From positions 6,048,001-6,112,000 of the forward strand of contig CP181291.1 in assembly GCA_052279835.1 (NCBI GenBank): a DNA stretch of 64,000 nt, given 5' to 3'. The notes below the pieces were generated by a model, which saw nothing but the letters and a program-made list of their open reading frames with translations, had not been told where the DNA came from and did no database searches. Positions 29,963-41,599 of this stretch are shown piece after piece (the stretch's first letter is position 1; every line of letters starts with the position of its first letter). A program made the translations under genes and the position numbers. This DNA is from Microcoleus sp. (GTDB lineage: Bacteria; Cyanobacteriota; Cyanobacteriia; Cyanobacteriales; Microcoleaceae).

Positions 29963-30322
29963 ATGGAACCGATTGATTTGTTGATTGCTTGGCTGGTGAC
30001 GGGTAGTAGCTTGCTGCTAATTTCTCAATTGCCGATCGGCGTTGAAATTGACAGCACACCGAAAGCAGTATTTGCAGCGGCGGTGTTGGGGATTTTGAAT
30101 GTTTTAATTTTGCCGATTTTAAAAGCCGTTTTTTTAGTGCCGAACCTGCTGACCCTGGGCTTACTGTCGGGTCTATTTGCGTTTGTAATGAACGTGATTA
30201 TTTTTGCCACTGCTGCTAAATTGGTTGAGGGATTTAGCTTGCGGAAGGGGATGTTGAGTGCGGTATTAGGAGCCCTCGCCTTGGCTGTAGTGAGCAGCTT
30301 CATTAATGGCGTACTAATTTAG
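29963..30322 (+). CDS. YvlD/DUF360 'phage holin family' 4-TM membrane protein
   Basis: AAAVLGILN..I.PIL..VP.L.TLGL...N pattern with AGGAGG RBS. Confidence 0.82.
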   Translation: MEPIDLLIAWLVTGSSLLLISQLPIGVEIDSTPKAVFAAAVLGILNVLILPILKAVFLVPNLLTLGLLSGLFAFVMNVIIFATAAKLVEGFSLRKGMLSAVLGALALAVVSSFINGVLI

Positions 30323-30448
30323 CCGCATTCCCCGATGCACCATCGACTTAGGTAGGGGCAATGGCGGGTGGAATTTCCTCCGCTACTTGATGAGCCCCTA
30401 CCAAATAATCTAGGTAATTCACCCCAATTAATAAATAATCAATAATAA

Positions 30449-31123
30449 CTAACAAATAGCCAATTTATAGGCGACAACTTTATTGTCAATTCCCGTAATA
30501 TCTGTACCGACAACCACAGCTTTAGCCCCTATATCTAAGGCTTTTTTTGCCATTTCTGGGCTGGAAATACCACCTTCGCAGATAACTGGAACGTTGATTT
30601 TTTTGATAATTTCAGCTAGTAATTCAAAGCCTGGTGGGCGCAGATTTTTGGTTTCAAAAGTGTAACCAAAAAGAGTAGTTGCTACTGTATCAGCACCTGC
30701 TTGGGCCGCCGCGATCGCCGCTTCTATGGTATCTACATCTGCCATGACTAATTTGCCCAATTCACTGTGAATGCGAGCAATGAATGTCTTTAAATCTTCT
30801 TCTCCTAGGGGACGGTTTCTGAGAGTAGCGTCAATAGCAATGATATCAGATCCAGCATCGGCGATCGCCCGCGCGTCTTCAAATCGAGGAGTAATATAAA
30901 TCTCGCATCCCGGTAATTGCTGCTTCCAAATCCCGATGATGGGGGCGGATATTTGTTGTCGCACTGCTGCAATGTGGCTGGGAGTATCAATGCGCACCCC
31001 GGAGGCCCCTTGATTGATAGCCGATCGAGCCATGGCAGCAATCACGATGGGATCGTACAGGGGTGAGTCAGTAGGTGCTTGACAAGAAACAATTAATCCT
31101 GTAGGGATTTGACAATTAATCAT
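30449..31123 (-). CDS. nanE: N-acetylmannosamine-6-phosphate 2-epimerase
   Basis: GLIVSCQA, IIGIWK, YITP, TTLFGYT and EGGI. Confidence 0.92.
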   Translation of the reverse strand: MINCQIPTGLIVSCQAPTDSPLYDPIVIAAMARSAINQGASGVRIDTPSHIAAVRQQISAPIIGIWKQQLPGCEIYITPRFEDARAIADAGSDIIAIDATLRNRPLGEEDLKTFIARIHSELGKLVMADVDTIEAAIAAAQAGADTVATTLFGYTFETKNLRPPGFELLAEIIKKINVPVICEGGISSPEMAKKALDIGAKAVVVGTDITGIDNKVVAYKLAIC

Positions 31124-31346
31124 TAGTGATGTACCGAGTTAGGATAGTATTTGCGATCGGGTTTAACCCGATCGCAATACTATGATACATTTATCCTCTG
31201 ACAATAAATCCACCCTGCTTTTTAAGGGGGGCTGGGGGGATCTAAGACAAAAGAAAACACGCCCTAACCCCCCTTAAATGGATCGCATATCTCCCTTAAA
31301 CTAACCGGAAACTCAACGCTGGTATTCAAGCCTCCTAAAAAAACTT

Positions 31347-32105
31347 ATGAAATTTATCGGCATAGACTTAGGTTGGAGTTCTGGAGCAAGTGGTTTATGC
31401 TGCTTAAATTGGGAAAACAATCGATTGGAATTAATCGAGTGCGATCGCCAAAAATCCCTCAACGACATTCTCACCTGGATCGAAACCCAAATCTCCCCAA
31501 CAGAACCAGCAATCATCGCCGTAGATGCCCCCACAATCATCGCCAATGCCACTGGAATGCGAGAAGCAGATAAACTCACCCACAAACACTTCGGGCGCTA
31601 CCACGCAGGCTGTTATCCAGCCAACCTTTCCCGCCCCTTCGCCCAAAAAACTGTAGAATTAGGCCTCAGTTTAGAAGCCAGAGGATTTGCTCACGCCCCA
31701 ACTATTGAAGCTCAAAAGTTAGGTAGATATCAAATAGAAGTTTATCCTCATCCAGCCACAATAAACTTATTTAAATTAGACAGAATCATTAAATATAAAA
31801 AAGGAAAACTGGCAGAACGTCAACTAGAATTGATGAAACTCTGCCAGTATATTAGAGATATTTTACCAAACCTTGAACCCTCTCTAAATCTGCCTTCTAG
31901 CACAGGCAAGATGCCTGGGAGTCTTGGCGGTTTAATTCCCTTAGAAATTCCCACCAGTATTGCCACCCTCAAAGCTTTAGAAGACCAGCTAGATGCCTTG
32001 CTGTGCGCTTACATAGGCGCTCACTGGTGGTACTGGGGAATAGAGCGGAATTTGGTCTTGGGCGATCGCCAAACAGGCTACATTGTCATTCCCCAACTTC
32101 CGTAA
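31347..32105 (+). CDS. DUF429 domain protein (RNase H-like fold)
   Basis: FIGIDLGW, VDAP, EVYPH, YK and DQLDA. Confidence 0.85.
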   Translation: MKFIGIDLGWSSGASGLCCLNWENNRLELIECDRQKSLNDILTWIETQISPTEPAIIAVDAPTIIANATGMREADKLTHKHFGRYHAGCYPANLSRPFAQKTVELGLSLEARGFAHAPTIEAQKLGRYQIEVYPHPATINLFKLDRIIKYKKGKLAERQLELMKLCQYIRDILPNLEPSLNLPSSTGKMPGSLGGLIPLEIPTSIATLKALEDQLDALLCAYIGAHWWYWGIERNLVLGDRQTGYIVIPQLP

Positions 32106-32111
32106 GGTCGA

Positions 32112-32366
32112 GAATTGGTAATTGGTAATTGGTAATTGGTAATTGGTAATTGGTAATAGGTAATTGGTAATGCCCTATACCCTTCCCCCCCAGGGGGGGG
32201 TCAGGGGGGGGGTTCCCATGCCCCATACTTCGACCCTGAGCGTAGTCGAAGGGCAGTACAAGTTACCGATTACCCATTACCCATTCCCCATTCCCCATTA
32301 CCCATTCCCCATTCCCCATTACCCATTACCCATTACCTAGTACCCACCTAACTGAGAAAGGCTATA
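32112..32366. repeat. Composite repeat block: (GGTAATT)n, nested C/G hairpin and CTTCGAC repeat, (CCCATTA/C)n, MITE-like end
   Basis: Directly visible between convergent genes. Confidence 0.85.
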
Positions 32367-32370
32367 CCTT

Positions 32371-34930
32371 CTAATGTGCCCAGAGAATCACACCAGGTTC
32401 ATAGGGGCTGCTGAGATTTTCGTGCTTCGGCAAAACCCGGAGGGACAAACCTTGCAAGCCGCTAGAAGTATAGGTAATGTCCGCCGTATAAAGACTAGCA
32501 TTGTGACCATCTTGTCCCAAATACTCCATCACCATCGGCACACCACCAACAATTTCTCCGTTAACATCGATCGAACCTTGATACAGTTCCACTTGCACGT
32601 CAGCCGGCGTCAGCCCCATCAGATTGATCCGAGCTTTAACATCGATCGACTGATTGACCTTAACTTCCTGATCCTGGGAAATATCAACAGCCTCAATCTT
32701 AATGTCGTGCCACTTTTGCAGCAAATTCTGCTTCCAGTGAGACAACTCCTTAGCCGGAGCGCAATTATCCTTAGTCATCGCGTAGAATCGATCGCTCACC
32801 GGGAAATAAGCCCGCCGTGCGTAATCCTTCACCATCCGAGCCGTATTGAAGAAAGGACAATTCAAACGAATAGAATCCTTCATCTTCTCTGTCCAACCGC
32901 GCGGAATTCCATCAGAATCCCGGTTATAAAACAGCGGTACAACTTCCTTCTCCATCAACTCGTACAAAGCATTAGCTTCGACATCATCCTGATACTTAGT
33001 ATCTTCGTAAAACTCCCCATGTCCGATCGGCCAACCGGTCCGAACATAATCAGCCTCATCCCACCAGCCATCAAGAATACTCAGATTGGGCAAACCATTC
33101 ATCGAAGCCTTCATCCCGGAAGTACCAGAAGCCTCACGAGGGCGACGCGGCGTATTCAGCCAGACATCGCAGCCCGACACCATCATCCGAGCGACATTAA
33201 TGTCATAATTCGGCAAAAACACCATCGAACTCATCGTGTCGTGTTCGCGGATGAAGTGAACAATATCCCGAATCAATTCCTTACCCGGAATATCCATCGG
33301 GTGAGCCTTCCCAGCAATCACAAATTGCACCGGGCGGTTTTGATCTCGCATAATCCGCATAATGCGATCGACATCACGCAAGAATAGCGTAGCTCGTTTG
33401 TAAGTAGCAAAACGACGAGCAAACCCGATGGTCAACACCTTCGGATTCAGAGCCTCCCGTGCGTGTTCGATCTCGCCTGGAGCAGCGCCCCGTTCCCGCA
33501 AAGTCTTTTGTAGCCACTCCCGCGCGAACACCACCAACTCCGATCGACAGCGTTCGTGATTCCGCCACAATTCCTCATCAGGAATCGAAGCCATCTTATC
33601 CCACAGGCGATCGTCCTTACGAGTCATTTCCCAATCCGGGCCAAGGTAGCGATCGTACAACTCCTGAGTAGACTTAGCCACACAACTGCGAGCGTGAACC
33701 CCGTTGGTAATCGAAGTAATCGGCACTTCTTCCTGTGGCAAACCCGGCCACAGCCCCCCAAACATCGGGCGAGAAACGACACCGTGCAAAGCCGCCACCC
33801 CATTGACAAAACTCGACATTTTGATAGCGAGAATTGCCATATTCAGAGGTGCGGAGGCATCCCCCGTATTTTCCCGGCCCAGGCCCAGAAAATCCTCTTG
33901 GGACAACCCAAAAATCTTGGGATATTGACCGAGATAGTGCATTACCATACTCGGCTCGAACAAGTCAAACCCCGCAGGGACAGGCGTGTGAGTCGTAAAC
34001 ATACTACTAGATATCACCACCTGTTCGGCTTCTGTGAAACTCAGGTGATGTTCCTCCATAAGTATGCGTATCCGTTCCAAAGCCATGAAAGCCGCGTGCC
34101 CTTCATTCATGTGGTAAGCCGTGACAGTCAGCCCCAAAGCCTTGAGCATTTTCACACCACCAATGCCCAGCATGATTTCTTGGTGCATCCGCAGGGTTTT
34201 ATCACCGCCGTAAAGTTGGTCGGTAATATCTTGATCGTAGCGACTGTTCGGTTCAATATTCGTATCCATCAGGTACAGAGGCACCGTACCCACTTGCACC
34301 CGCCAAATCCGCGCGTAAACCTTGCGGCCCGGATAGTCTACCTCAATCCGCAATTCTGAACCGTCGGGATTCCGTTCCAGATGGAGCGGCATATTGTAAA
34401 AATCGTTAAGCGGATAACGTTCTTGTTGCCAACCGTCGGCATTGAGATACTGGGAGAAATAGCCTTCTTGGTAAAGCAAGCCCACGCCGACGAGGGGCAA
34501 TCCCAAATCGCTCGCAGATTTCAGGTGGTCTCCAGCCAGGACGCCCAAACCGCCGGAATAAATGGGCAGGGCTTTGACCAAGCCAAATTCCATCGAAAAG
34601 TAAGCGTAGCATTCTTCCAGGTCTGTGCCCCGCTGTTTGCGGTACCAGGCGCGATTTTTGAGATAATCCTCTAACTGCTGGGCGGCTCGGTTCATTTGGG
34701 CAATGAAGCCCTTGTCTTCGGCCATTTCTTGCAGTCGCTCTTGAGAAATGGTTCCTAGCATCAGCACTGGGTTTTGGTTGCTGGAGTCCCATAGGGTCTC
34801 TATCGAGGCGGCGGAATAAGTCTTTTGTTTCTACGTTCCAGTCCCAGTGCAAGTTGTAGGCAAGCTTGCGTAGGGGTTCGAGAATTGTGGGTAGGGAAGG
34901 GGAAACGTTAAATGTGCGAATCGGCTGCAT
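32371..34930 (-). CDS. glgP: Alpha-glucan (glycogen) phosphorylase, split by a +1 frameshift at 34794-34796 (probable sequencing error)
   Basis: YSGGLGVLAGD, ARRFATYKR and EASGTSGMK. N-terminus MQPIRTFNV is in another frame. Removing one base gives ...LDRDLWDSSNQNPVLML. Confidence 0.92.
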
Positions 34931-35151
34931 AGACAAATTTTCTATTGTCGGGTAGCGATATTTTCCTCTTTCTTTGGGAACAAGTCGGCTATTCTGCACA
35001 CTATTTTAATTTTTTGAGTCCCAAGAAGAGGGAAGAAGGCAAAAACTATGCCCCATTCCCGATGCTTGGACTACCCTTCGACTACGCCAGGGAACTTGTG
35101 CCCCATGCCCCATCCGAGAGCTTCGCTTCGCCCCATCCCCCATTTGACAAA

Positions 35152-38100
35152 TTAAGCAATTTTTGCCTTTTTCAACAGAGAATCGATCAAAATTTTAGTA
35201 GCATCATTGGCTGATAGCGGAGGGCTAAAGTAGTAACCTTGAATTTCTTGACAATGGAGCGATCGCAAACATTCCAACTGCTGTTTAGTTTCCACCCCTT
35301 CTGCCACCACATTCAAATTCAAGTCTCGCCCCAGAGTGGCTACAGCATTGGCGATCGCCCTTTCCGACAGGTCATTGGTCAGCCCGCTGACAAAAGATTT
35401 GTCTATTTTCAATATATTAAGTGGAAATTTTTTGAGATAAGTTAAAGAACAATAACCCGTTCCGAAATCATCCAGCGCAATCTGCACTCCCATATTCTGC
35501 AACTGCGTCAGCACTTTTTTCGTATACTCCATATCTTGCATGGCGGTACTTTCGGTAATTTCCAACTCTAAATACTTCGGTTCTAGACCAGTTTTTTCCA
35601 AGCAATCCGACACCATTTTTAATAAATTGAATTGCTGGAATTGCCTCGCCGAAAAGTTAACTGCTATCCGTAAGTCTGGCTGTAAAGCATCCTGCCAAGC
35701 TTTGTTTTGTTTGCAAGCAGTTTCCAGAACCCATTCCCCAATCGATACAATTAGTCCATTCTCTTCTGCCAACGGAATAAACGTATTGGGATAAATCAAA
35801 CCTAATTCTGGATGATACCAGCGCAGCAACGCTTCCATGCCCTGTATCTTCCAAGTAGTAATATTCACTCTTGGCTGATAGTAAAGCTCAAATTCTCCTT
35901 GTTCAGGAGCATCATGCAGCTTACTTTCTAAAATCAGCAACTGACTGCCTTGAGGATTAATTGTTGAGTTATAAAACTGATAGTTATTTCTTCCCCTTTC
36001 TTTCGCCCGGTACAAAGCAGCATCTGCATTTTTCACTAAAGTTTCCGCATCCTCTCCATCATCGGGATAGAGAGCAATCCCGATGCTGCTAGTGATGTGC
36101 AGTGACTGTTCTTCCAGTTTAAATACAGGCTTTAAACTCTCTTGTATTCTTTGAGCAGTTCTGACTGCATCTTCCGGCGAATTGATGTCTGGTAGTAGCA
36201 CTGTAAATTCGTCGCCACCCCAGCGGGCTACCGTATCAGTTCCTCGCAAAGTGTCGTTGATGCGGGCGGCAAAAATTTCCAACAGTCGATCGCCCGCTGC
36301 GTGACCTAGGGTATCATTAATCTTCTTGAACCTGTCTAAGTCTAAAAACATCACAGCTAATATTTTTTTGGTATTTTTAAGCTGTTTTAATGACGTGGAA
36401 AGTCGCTGGTTAAAAAGTATACGGTTAGGCAAACCAGTAAGTTGATCGTAAACAGCTTGATAGCGAATAATTTCTTCAGCTTGTTTGCGCTCAGTGATAT
36501 CCATCATAGTGCCGATCGCCCGCACCGCTTGGCCACTTTCATTACGGATAATATAGCCCCGGTCTAGCACAAAAACATATCTGCCATCCGCACAGCGAAA
36601 GCTATATTCTTCTAACCAATATTGAGCCTCTCCTGCTAGGGTATTATTGAAATTTTTTATCACTTTTTCCCGTTCTTCGGGATGAATCTTATCTGACCAA
36701 AATCCCAAATTGATAGTCTGATTATTATAAATTTTATAACCAAATAATTTATCAAATTCTTCGCTCCACCATAACTCTTCCTTCACCAAATCTAAGTCCC
36801 AAACAGCATCATTTGTCGCTCGCGTCAGCAGGTTAAACCGTTCTTCACTTTTACGCAGTGCTTCTTCACCGCGCAGCCGTTCCGTGACATCCCGAAAACT
36901 GAAGACTCTGCCAGTAATTTTGCCTCCCGTGCGCTGTGGTATGGAGTAGCGCTCAAAAATTCTACCATCTTTAAATTCGATGATATCGTAACTTTCTAAC
37001 TCCGGTAGCTCGGACAATTCTTGAGAGCGTTTGAGAAAAGTTTCTGGATACTTTAATTGATTAATTCCAAACCCTAAAATTTGATTATTAGAGCGGGAAT
37101 CGAGCAGGAAATCCGGCACTTGCCACATTTGGGCAAACTTGCTATTAAAGGTGAGAATTTTTCCTTGGCTGTCAACGGCAAGAATGCCATCAGCAGTGGA
37201 TTCAATGGTGGCTTGCAGTAAGGAAAGAGACCTTTCTAGTTCTAAATCTGATAATTTGCGATCGCTAATATCAAAAGCAGTGACTAATATAGAACCTTTT
37301 CGCTCAAACTTAATCAGATCTAATGTTGCTTCTATCCAACGTTCCTCTCCGCTTTTTGAAATAAGTAAAATTTCATGTTTTAAATTACCTTTTTTGCGAT
37401 GTTCGCTAACTTTTCCCCACTTTTTAACTACGGAACGAAACTCAGGATGAATTAAATCATACAAATCCATTGATAACAATTCTTCGCGACTATATCCCGT
37501 AATAGCTTCCGTTTGAGAATTGACATAGCACAATTGTCTGCCTTGATAGATAAATGCAGCAGCATTCACAGTTTCTACCAGTTGTCGAAACTTTTTTTCA
37601 CTGCGACGCAAATCTCTTTCTACCCGCTTGTTTTCCGTAATATCTTGGGCTACATATAATTTGCCACTTACCTCGCCTTTTCCATCGCGAATAGTGGAAA
37701 TAGATAGGAGTACAATTATCTTTCTGCCATGTTTCGACAAATAAACTTTCTCGACGTTGCGGACAGAATCTCCCGCTGTTAAATTTTCACTGTCTCGCCC
37801 AGCCAGCGGTAATTCTGTTTTCTTAAAAATGGTGGCTATGGGTTTCCCGATTAACTCTTTTTTCGAGTATCCTAAGAGTTGGCAGGTAGCATAATTTAAC
37901 GATAAAATATTCCCGGTGGGCGTAGTGGCAACGATTGATACACTAATATCTTCAAAAATATCCAGAGCGTATTCGGCAGTTTGTTGCAAATCTTGAGTCA
38001 TTTTCGCAATAGTATGCCCTATATTCGGCTCGTTGTTTCTCGCTTCTGAATTGAGATTTTTGGCTGAGTTACTATTAATATTTTTCCCGTCTAAATTAAA

Positions 38101-38496
38101 TTTTACGATCGCCTTTAATAACATACTCGCCATATTAGTTCTCATCAATAAAGAAACTAATACTGACATAAAAGCCAGATAATAAGCTATCTGATTTAAA
38201 CTATAATTATCTGTTGGATTTTTATTGGTATCCGTATCTATAAAAAAATCTGTAGAGGAATTCCTCACCTTAATGCCATCGGATTTGTTAACTAAATCGA
38301 CTTTGCCAGCAGGAGTAGCTCCCCAATCCCCTGGCGAATCGTCATAATTCTGAGGCAATACCTGACTACTGTTTACAGAAAAATTACCGTATTGGTTGGC
38401 GGCGTTTCCTGGCAATAATTTCAAATTAATAGAGCCGATCAGACAGAAAATAGCACCAGTTAAATATCCTAAAAGTAATTGACCAGTAATTTTCAT
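35152..38496 (-). CDS. Multi-PAS diguanylate cyclase/phosphodiesterase (GGDEF-EAL)
   Basis: N-terminal TM segments, four PAS-like domains, RGTD I-site plus GGDEF, EALLRW and DDFGTGY. Confidence 0.93.
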   Translation of the reverse strand: MKITGQLLLGYLTGAIFCLIGSINLKLLPGNAANQYGNFSVNSSQVLPQNYDDSPGDWGATPAGKVDLVNKSDGIKVRNSSTDFFIDTDTNKNPTDNYSLNQIAYYLAFMSVLVSLLMRTNMASMLLKAIVKFNLDGKNINSNSAKNLNSEARNNEPNIGHTIAKMTQDLQQTAEYALDIFEDISVSIVATTPTGNILSLNYATCQLLGYSKKELIGKPIATIFKKTELPLAGRDSENLTAGDSVRNVEKVYLSKHGRKIIVLLSISTIRDGKGEVSGKLYVAQDITENKRVERDLRRSEKKFRQLVETVNAAAFIYQGRQLCYVNSQTEAITGYSREELLSMDLYDLIHPEFRSVVKKWGKVSEHRKKGNLKHEILLISKSGEERWIEATLDLIKFERKGSILVTAFDISDRKLSDLELERSLSLLQATIESTADGILAVDSQGKILTFNSKFAQMWQVPDFLLDSRSNNQILGFGINQLKYPETFLKRSQELSELPELESYDIIEFKDGRIFERYSIPQRTGGKITGRVFSFRDVTERLRGEEALRKSEERFNLLTRATNDAVWDLDLVKEELWWSEEFDKLFGYKIYNNQTINLGFWSDKIHPEEREKVIKNFNNTLAGEAQYWLEEYSFRCADGRYVFVLDRGYIIRNESGQAVRAIGTMMDITERKQAEEIIRYQAVYDQLTGLPNRILFNQRLSTSLKQLKNTKKILAVMFLDLDRFKKINDTLGHAAGDRLLEIFAARINDTLRGTDTVARWGGDEFTVLLPDINSPEDAVRTAQRIQESLKPVFKLEEQSLHITSSIGIALYPDDGEDAETLVKNADAALYRAKERGRNNYQFYNSTINPQGSQLLILESKLHDAPEQGEFELYYQPRVNITTWKIQGMEALLRWYHPELGLIYPNTFIPLAEENGLIVSIGEWVLETACKQNKAWQDALQPDLRIAVNFSARQFQQFNLLKMVSDCLEKTGLEPKYLELEITESTAMQDMEYTKKVLTQLQNMGVQIALDDFGTGYCSLTYLKKFPLNILKIDKSFVSGLTNDLSERAIANAVATLGRDLNLNVVAEGVETKQQLECLRSLHCQEIQGYYFSPPLSANDATKILIDSLLKKAKIA

Positions 38497-38631
38497 TTGC
38501 TCCCGTTCCTGATTTTAAATAAATCATTCTCACCTTATCAAAAGGTGGAAAAATTGACTAGAATTTTAAGTATGCAAATCAAAATATGACAGCTTAATTT
38601 AACTTTATTTTTGCCACTAAACTTATATAGC

Positions 38632-38726
38632 ATAGCAGTCGTAAAAATTTTTACCCCACCCCAACCCTCCCCTTGTTAAGGGGAGGGAGTAAGAAATTCA
38701 CGGCGCGTGATGCGAGGATTGCTATA
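38632..38726. mobile_element. MITE-like element with ATAGCAGTC...GATTGCTAT ends
   Basis: Imperfect terminal inverted repeats around a CCCTCCCCTT-GTT-AAGGGGAGGG stem. Confidence 0.6.
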
Positions 38727-38939
38727 TAAATATTCAAATCATCCTCCCAATCCACTACAATCTTAATATTATTTTGCAATATGTCATTGGCCATTGTGCC
38801 AAAAATTATGCGACATTATGCTTAGACAGCACCCGCGATCGCCCTCAACTAAAAAAATTCTAACAGAGAACTCTAGGAGACCTGTCAGAAAAATCAACAA
38901 TTAGCTTAAAATCTATGCAAAGGCCCACTAATTGAAACA

Positions 38940-39512
38940 ATGAGTCAGACCCTGCCAGAACTCCAAACAGAAGTCCGCACCATGCAAGCAGAAATTGCCA
39001 CCCTGCAAGAGTCGCGGGAAAAACTATACAAACAGCGCTCGTCCTGCCGCGTCACAGTCAGCTTTCCCAAGAACAATACCCCGGAAGCTATTGCCGAGTT
39101 CCACCGACAAAATGCTGCTTTTGGCGAGCAATGGTTGCAGCAACTCGAAGAGATTGACCGAGAAATCAGAAGTCTGGAAAAGCAATTGCAACAAAAACAG
39201 GTTTTATTTGAATATAAACAAGCTGAATTGGACAAAATGCTAGCCCAACAGCACTGGCAAGATATAGAAAATAAAGTTCAGACTGGGGAAAAGCACTTGG
39301 AAGCACAAGCCCGCCGGATTAATCAGATAGCAGCCCAGCTAGAAGCGGAAATACGCACTTTCAAAGCGCTGTCTGATGAGTTGACTCCCAGTTATGCTGA
39401 GTGGTTTCAACAACCCAATCAAGTTGTGGAATTTTCGGCAAACACCATCCCTCAAGCAGTTGCTAAAAACAATGGGTTTATAGTAGAAAGTAAAGAGATA
39501 AACTGGGAATAA
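38940..39512 (+). CDS. Hypothetical coiled-coil protein
   Basis: 190-aa Q/E/L-rich heptad pattern. Confidence 0.75.
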   Translation: MSQTLPELQTEVRTMQAEIATLQESREKLYKQRSSCRVTVSFPKNNTPEAIAEFHRQNAAFGEQWLQQLEEIDREIRSLEKQLQQKQVLFEYKQAELDKMLAQQHWQDIENKVQTGEKHLEAQARRINQIAAQLEAEIRTFKALSDELTPSYAEWFQQPNQVVEFSANTIPQAVAKNNGFIVESKEINWE

Positions 39513-39627
39513 TCATCAATATTTTTGATTCAGGTTCTGGGGAGAGTTAACGGGCATAATTTCTCACTCCCCCATCAGTCATGTACATAGGTTTTCTTTC
39601 CTGACAGCATCAAAATTTTACTTGTTA

Positions 39628-40662
39628 ATGAAACAATTAGTTTGGATACTTCTATTTATATTTGCGATTGGAGCTGCGGGTTTGGGTTCCTATTCGTGGC
39701 AGCATTTGTCACCAGTAGCCGAAGTTGGGAGGGGAGGCAATATTACGGTTTCCCAAAACCCCTCGGCATCGCCACTTCCTGCTACCAAAAAAGCAGTAGA
39801 TTTTCCCCAAATTGACCAGTCCCGTTTGTGGAAACATCTGGAAACTTTAGCCGGAGAACGGGATGGAGAGAGCGATCGCTCTTTCACCAGAAATTACATT
39901 TCTCAACACTTGAAAATAGTAGGATTTTCCCCCCAATTGCAACCCTTCGAGAGAGGAACTAACATCTTCGCCGAAAGAAAAGGTACAGACTCAACAGCCG
40001 GTGCAATTCTCGTCGCCGCCCACTACGATACTGTACTCAAATCACCCGGTGCTGATGATAATGCTACCGGAGTTGCAGTAGCTTTAGAAGTAGCACGACT
40101 GCTAGCAGCCCGTCCCACACGTCGGACACTACAAGTGGCATTTTTTGATCGAGAAGAAATCGGACTTTTAGGTAGTTTAGCATTTACCAGTAGTCCCGCG
40201 CGGTTAAAAAATTTGCAGGGAGTTGTAGTCTTGGATATGGTGGGTTATGCCTGCCATACTGCCGGATGTCAGCGATATCCCGAAGGGTTGACACCCGAAG
40301 CTTTTCTGGATGCAGCGGGGGTGACTTCTCCCAACGTGGGTGAGTTTATCGCAGTGATTGGTGATGCGGAACATCCGCAGTTATTGGGTAGTTTTGCGGA
40401 GTCGAGAAAAGCAGGTTTACCACCGATAGTGACGCTACCAGTTCCTCTGAAAGGGGTACTGACTCCCGATGTTTTGCGCAGCGATCATGCGCCTTTTTGG
40501 TATCAGGGAGTTGGTGCTGTTTTGGTGACAGATACGGCTAATTTGCGATCGCCCCATTATCACCAATCTAGCGATACCCTAGCCACCATCGATCGACCTT
40601 TTTTCGCCGGTTCTGCTCAAATCGTTGTCAACGCTACTGCTAAATTATTAGAAATGCTGTAA
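39628..40662 (+). CDS. M28 family metallopeptidase
   Basis: AHYD, GADDNATG, DREE, LDMVG, RSDH and YHQ. Confidence 0.92.
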   Translation: MKQLVWILLFIFAIGAAGLGSYSWQHLSPVAEVGRGGNITVSQNPSASPLPATKKAVDFPQIDQSRLWKHLETLAGERDGESDRSFTRNYISQHLKIVGFSPQLQPFERGTNIFAERKGTDSTAGAILVAAHYDTVLKSPGADDNATGVAVALEVARLLAARPTRRTLQVAFFDREEIGLLGSLAFTSSPARLKNLQGVVVLDMVGYACHTAGCQRYPEGLTPEAFLDAAGVTSPNVGEFIAVIGDAEHPQLLGSFAESRKAGLPPIVTLPVPLKGVLTPDVLRSDHAPFWYQGVGAVLVTDTANLRSPHYHQSSDTLATIDRPFFAGSAQIVVNATAKLLEML

Positions 40663-40710
40663 ATGTCGTAGTGCTGCTGCTTTCAGTAGGTGTATTTTGT
40701 CTATCCATTC

Positions 40711-41226
40711 TCAACCCCCTGTAAATGCTCGAAAAACCCACCCAAAAAACAGCACGCTCAAGAAAATTACACCAGCAACAATTAATGCCAAGCCCAACAG
40801 CAAAGCCGCCACAAATAACCAATCAGCTTTTTTCCCAGCAGGTTCAGGGGAACCTAAATGAGCATCCAGCAATTCTATATTCTTGACATTAGCCTTCCAA
40901 GCAACATCCAACAAATCTCCAGCCACGGGTACAGTGCCAGCAACTGTATCAAACACGATGTTAGCGGCCATTTGTACTAAAGTCTCTTGTGGCACTCCCA
41001 TTTGGGCAGATTTAAACACAACATAACCTGCAAAAATGGAACTTATTAAATCACCGCCACCCGGTATCAGTCCCAATATCGGATCGAGTCCAATCCGGTA
41101 TTTGGTGCCGGGGATGGGAATTGCATTGTCTAGTAAATTGCTGATGCGGCGGAGACGGCGCAAGGATGCAACATGGGATTTGTTGGTAGTATTTGGGGAT
41201 GAATTTTGTATAGGAGAACGGGACAT
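40711..41226 (-). CDS. DUF4112 domain membrane protein
   Basis: LLDNAIPIPGT.YRIGLDP.LGLIPG.GD...KAN.KN. Confidence 0.88.
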   Translation of the reverse strand: MSRSPIQNSSPNTTNKSHVASLRRLRRISNLLDNAIPIPGTKYRIGLDPILGLIPGGGDLISSIFAGYVVFKSAQMGVPQETLVQMAANIVFDTVAGTVPVAGDLLDVAWKANVKNIELLDAHLGSPEPAGKKADWLFVAALLLGLALIVAGVIFLSVLFFGWVFRAFTGG

Positions 41227-41599
41227 TTAGATTACTCCTGACTTTATTTCTTTGTCCGCGGAGGAGGACGAAAATTTTTGTAGAAGCGATTTCGATCGGG
41301 TGTCGTGACCTTCTTAACGTAGTCTGTGGTTAGACTTAACCGGGCTATCTCTACCAAGGAGCGATCGGGATTGTCCAGGTTTGTCCAGTGGTTCGCGGAT
41401 CGCCTAATCATATAAAACCCTCTCTTCTCTTCCTCTTTCCCCCCTTGGGGGGGGCAGGGGGGGGTCGTCCTTAGCGCCTTCGCGGTTAAATCATTCCGAT
41501 ACAACCAGAATTGACATCATTTTTCATAACACTGAGAAACCCGGTTTCTATTCAAAACCGGGTTTCCTAATTCTAGCTGATGGCTGTTAGTTTAGCCTG

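Noticed and set aside
29963..30322. Prophage, suggested by the 'phage holin family' gene
   Set aside because: This family is common on cyanobacterial chromosomes and no other phage genes are nearby.
32374..34674. Long plus-strand ORFs (337, 267, 97 aa)
   Set aside because: Antisense shadows of glgP with no recognisable motifs.
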